Below, piece by piece: positions 62,280-64,000 of a DNA stretch of 64,000 nucleotides. The notes below the pieces were generated by a model. The model saw nothing but the letters and a program-made list of their open reading frames with translations, was not told the origin of the DNA and searched no databases. Numbering within the stretch: the stretch's first letter is position 1; the number at the start of each line of letters is the position of its first letter. This DNA is from an uncultured Actinomycetota bacterium (lineage in GTDB: Bacteria > Actinomycetota > Thermoleophilia > RBG-16-64-13), in the NCBI GenBank assembly GCA_963803925.1, contig CAWDOM010000008.1:85154-149153 (forward strand), given 5' to 3'. The position numbers were made by a program, and so were the translations under genes.

Positions 62280-63416
62280 ATGGCGTTCGGCGCCGCTGCG
62301 TCTGCTGAGCCCGCGGCCATAACCGAGGCCAAGGACGAAGCCCAGGATCTACGGACGCGCATCGATGAGTTGAACGAACTGTTGAGCGCCGCTGTCGAGG
62401 ACTACAACTACGCCAGGGCCAAGCTGGCCGAAACCAAGGATGCGGCTGAGATGACCGCGGCCGATCTGGCTAAGGCGGAGGCGGACTTCGCCGACTCGTC
62501 GGACCGCCTGACGGTCCGCCTCGTCGAGATATACAAGGCAGGAGAGCTCGACGCGATCGGGACGATCATGGGCTCCTCGTCGTTTGCCGATCTCATAAAC
62601 CGCATGGATCTGATGGAGAGGCTCAGCCAGCAAGATGCCCAACTCGTGGCCGATGTCTCTGTCTACCGTGACAGCGTAGAAGCGCGCAAGGCCGAACTGG
62701 CGACACAACTCGCCGACGAGAAGAAACTCGCGGCTCAGGCCGAAGTCGCCAGAGAGAAGGTCGAGCAGCGACTCACCGCCAACCAGAAGGCGCTAGCGGG
62801 CAAAGAGGCCGAGATAGCGCAGCTCGAGAAGGAAGAAGCCGAACGCCAGGCCAGGCTCGCAGAGGAGGCCCGCAAGAGGGCCGAGGAGGCCCGCAAGAAG
62901 GCTGAGGAGGCTAGACGGCTGGCGGCCCAGCAGGCCGCAGAAGAGGCGGCTAGGCAGGCAGCCGAGAAGGCGAAGCAGACGACGACAACAACCACGAAGA
63001 GGGCCTCGTCGGGTGGAACGACGACGCCTACAACCGCCAAGCCGAAAGCGTCGGTCCCCGAGTCGGCGAGTAGCAGTGAGGTGGTCTCCATAGCCATGCA
63101 ATACCTGGGCGTGCCCTACGTGTGGGGAGGATCATCTCCCAAGGGCTTCGACTGTTCGGGTCTTGTCATGTACGTCTATCGCAAAGTAGGCGTCAGTCTG
63201 CCTCATTCCAGCCGCATGCAGTACGGCTACGGCCGTCCGGTCTCGCGCAACGATCTGGAACCCGGCGACCTCGTCTTCTTCCACAATCCGATAAGCCATG
63301 TCGGCATCTACATCGGCGATGGGCAAATGATCAACGCCGCGGGCACGGGCAAGGGTGTGCGTATCGATGATGTGTGGTCGAGCAGCTATTATGGGGCTTG
63401 CCGAATCATCGACTAG
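62280..63416 (+). CDS. NlpC/P60 (C40) peptidoglycan endopeptidase with long coiled-coil N-domain (RipA-like)
   Basis: Coiled-coil heptads, a Thr-rich linker, and the C-terminal catalytic domain YVWGGSSPKGFDCSGLVMYVY...HVGIYIGDGQMINA. Coordinates use the first ATG. Translation probably starts upstream at about 62208 (see findings). Confidence 0.85.
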   Translation: MAFGAAASAEPAAITEAKDEAQDLRTRIDELNELLSAAVEDYNYARAKLAETKDAAEMTAADLAKAEADFADSSDRLTVRLVEIYKAGELDAIGTIMGSSSFADLINRMDLMERLSQQDAQLVADVSVYRDSVEARKAELATQLADEKKLAAQAEVAREKVEQRLTANQKALAGKEAEIAQLEKEEAERQARLAEEARKRAEEARKKAEEARRLAAQQAAEEAARQAAEKAKQTTTTTTKRASSGGTTTPTTAKPKASVPESASSSEVVSIAMQYLGVPYVWGGSSPKGFDCSGLVMYVYRKVGVSLPHSSRMQYGYGRPVSRNDLEPGDLVFFHNPISHVGIYIGDGQMINAAGTGKGVRIDDVWSSSYYGACRIID

Positions 63417-63424
63417 GACCGACC

Positions 63425-64000
63425 ATGACCTCCATCCCCGTTTACTACGATCCACTCTTCATAGAGCACGAGACCGGCGAGCATCCCGAGAACAAACGCC
63501 GGCTGATTGTTGCCAAGAGCGTTCTCGAGCAGAGTGGCCTCGACATCGAATGGACCTCCCCCGAACCGGCTCCGGTGACGGCGATCGAGCGCGTTCACGA
63601 TCGGTCGTACATCGAACGGGTGCGGCACATGGCCGAAGACGGTGGGGGATGGCTCGATGCCGACACGGCGGTGTCGCCCCGTTCGTACGACGCCGCGCTC
63701 ATGGCCGCGGGGGCGGGCCTTCTCGCTACGGAGCGGGCGGTGGCGGGCGGATCGAGCGCGTTTCTCCTCGTCAGGCCGCCCGGGCATCATGCCTGCCGGG
63801 CCCGGGGCATGGGCTTCTGCCTGTTCAACAACATCGCCGTGGCCGCTGAGCACGCGATCGTCGGCCTCGGCCTCGACCGGGTGCTGATCGTCGACTGGGA
63901 TGTGCACCACGGTAACGGCACCCAGGCCGCCTTCCTCGGCGATCGTCGCGTGCTGTTCTTCAGCACGCATCTCGCGGGCCACTACCCTGGCACCGGACAG
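63425..64000 (+). CDS. Histone deacetylase-family (AcuC/arginase-fold) deacetylase, 3'-truncated by the window edge
   Basis: My own translation from ATG 63425 gives MTSIPVYYDPLFIEHETGEHPENKRRL...LLVRPPGHHA...GFCLFNNIAVAAE...VLIVDWDVHHGNGTQ. The frame is open to the end of the window. Confidence 0.85.
   Translation, partial: MTSIPVYYDPLFIEHETGEHPENKRRLIVAKSVLEQSGLDIEWTSPEPAPVTAIERVHDRSYIERVRHMAEDGGGWLDADTAVSPRSYDAALMAAGAGLLATERAVAGGSSAFLLVRPPGHHACRARGMGFCLFNNIAVAAEHAIVGLGLDRVLIVDWDVHHGNGTQAAFLGDRRVLFFSTHLAGHYPGTGQ

Noticed and set aside
1-64000. CRISPR arrays, tRNA or rRNA genes, intact IS elements or prophage genes
   Set aside because: I noticed no regularly spaced direct repeats. No tRNA-like T-arm/acceptor combinations appear apart from the tmRNA. 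No integrase or transposase-length ORFs are present; only a 25-codon IS30-like tail.

Overview
High-G+C bacterial chromosomal segment with an Actinomycetota-like core gene order. Core blocks are comEA-comEC-holA / rpsT / murJ (0.2-6.7 kb); lepA, a small membrane ORF, hemW-hrcA-dnaJ-prmA-rnr (38.5-47.5 kb); smpB ... ssrA (49.5-51.7 kb); and a cell-envelope block of capA-like / CwlM-like amidase / NlpC-P60 (59.7-63.4 kb). An HDAC-family gene runs off the 3' edge. Accessory stretches lie between the core blocks. They hold three PAS-GGDEF diguanylate cyclases, a cytoplasmic two-subunit molybdopterin oxidoreductase, assorted hydrolases and SDRs, a TetR gene, and a PadR-DUF1048-ABC exporter module. 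They also hold a zone of gene fragments (31.5-34.3 kb), a four-module toxin-antitoxin island directly upstream of lepA (AbrB-Doc, Phd-ParE, BrnT-BrnA, MntA plus a decayed HepT), and a TacA-TacT module between smpB and the tmRNA gene. Main observations: (1) A CTP-synthase-C-terminal-like amidotransferase-fold gene (8817..9548, minus) carries an in-frame TGA exactly at the nucleophile position, with a SECIS-like hairpin 12 nt downstream. It sits in a translationally coupled operon, so it is a candidate selenoprotein rather than a dead gene. (2) Single-nucleotide frameshifts are unusually dense: seven 1-nt frameshifts with homology on both sides, an internally deleted HepT, and one inferred case. 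They hit core genes (hemW, rnr), so assembly indels must be excluded before calling pseudogenes. (3) Several strong cis elements are present: a terminator-like hairpin sequestering the SD of a CDF metal exporter, a 14-bp inverted repeat over the tacAT promoter, a perfect 26-nt palindrome, and TA operators. (4) The NlpC/P60 hydrolase has a signal peptide encoded upstream of its first canonical start codon, behind a perfect AGGAGG. I saw no rRNA, tRNA, CRISPR array or intact mobile element. All calls rest on reading the translations and the DNA by eye; no database search was run.
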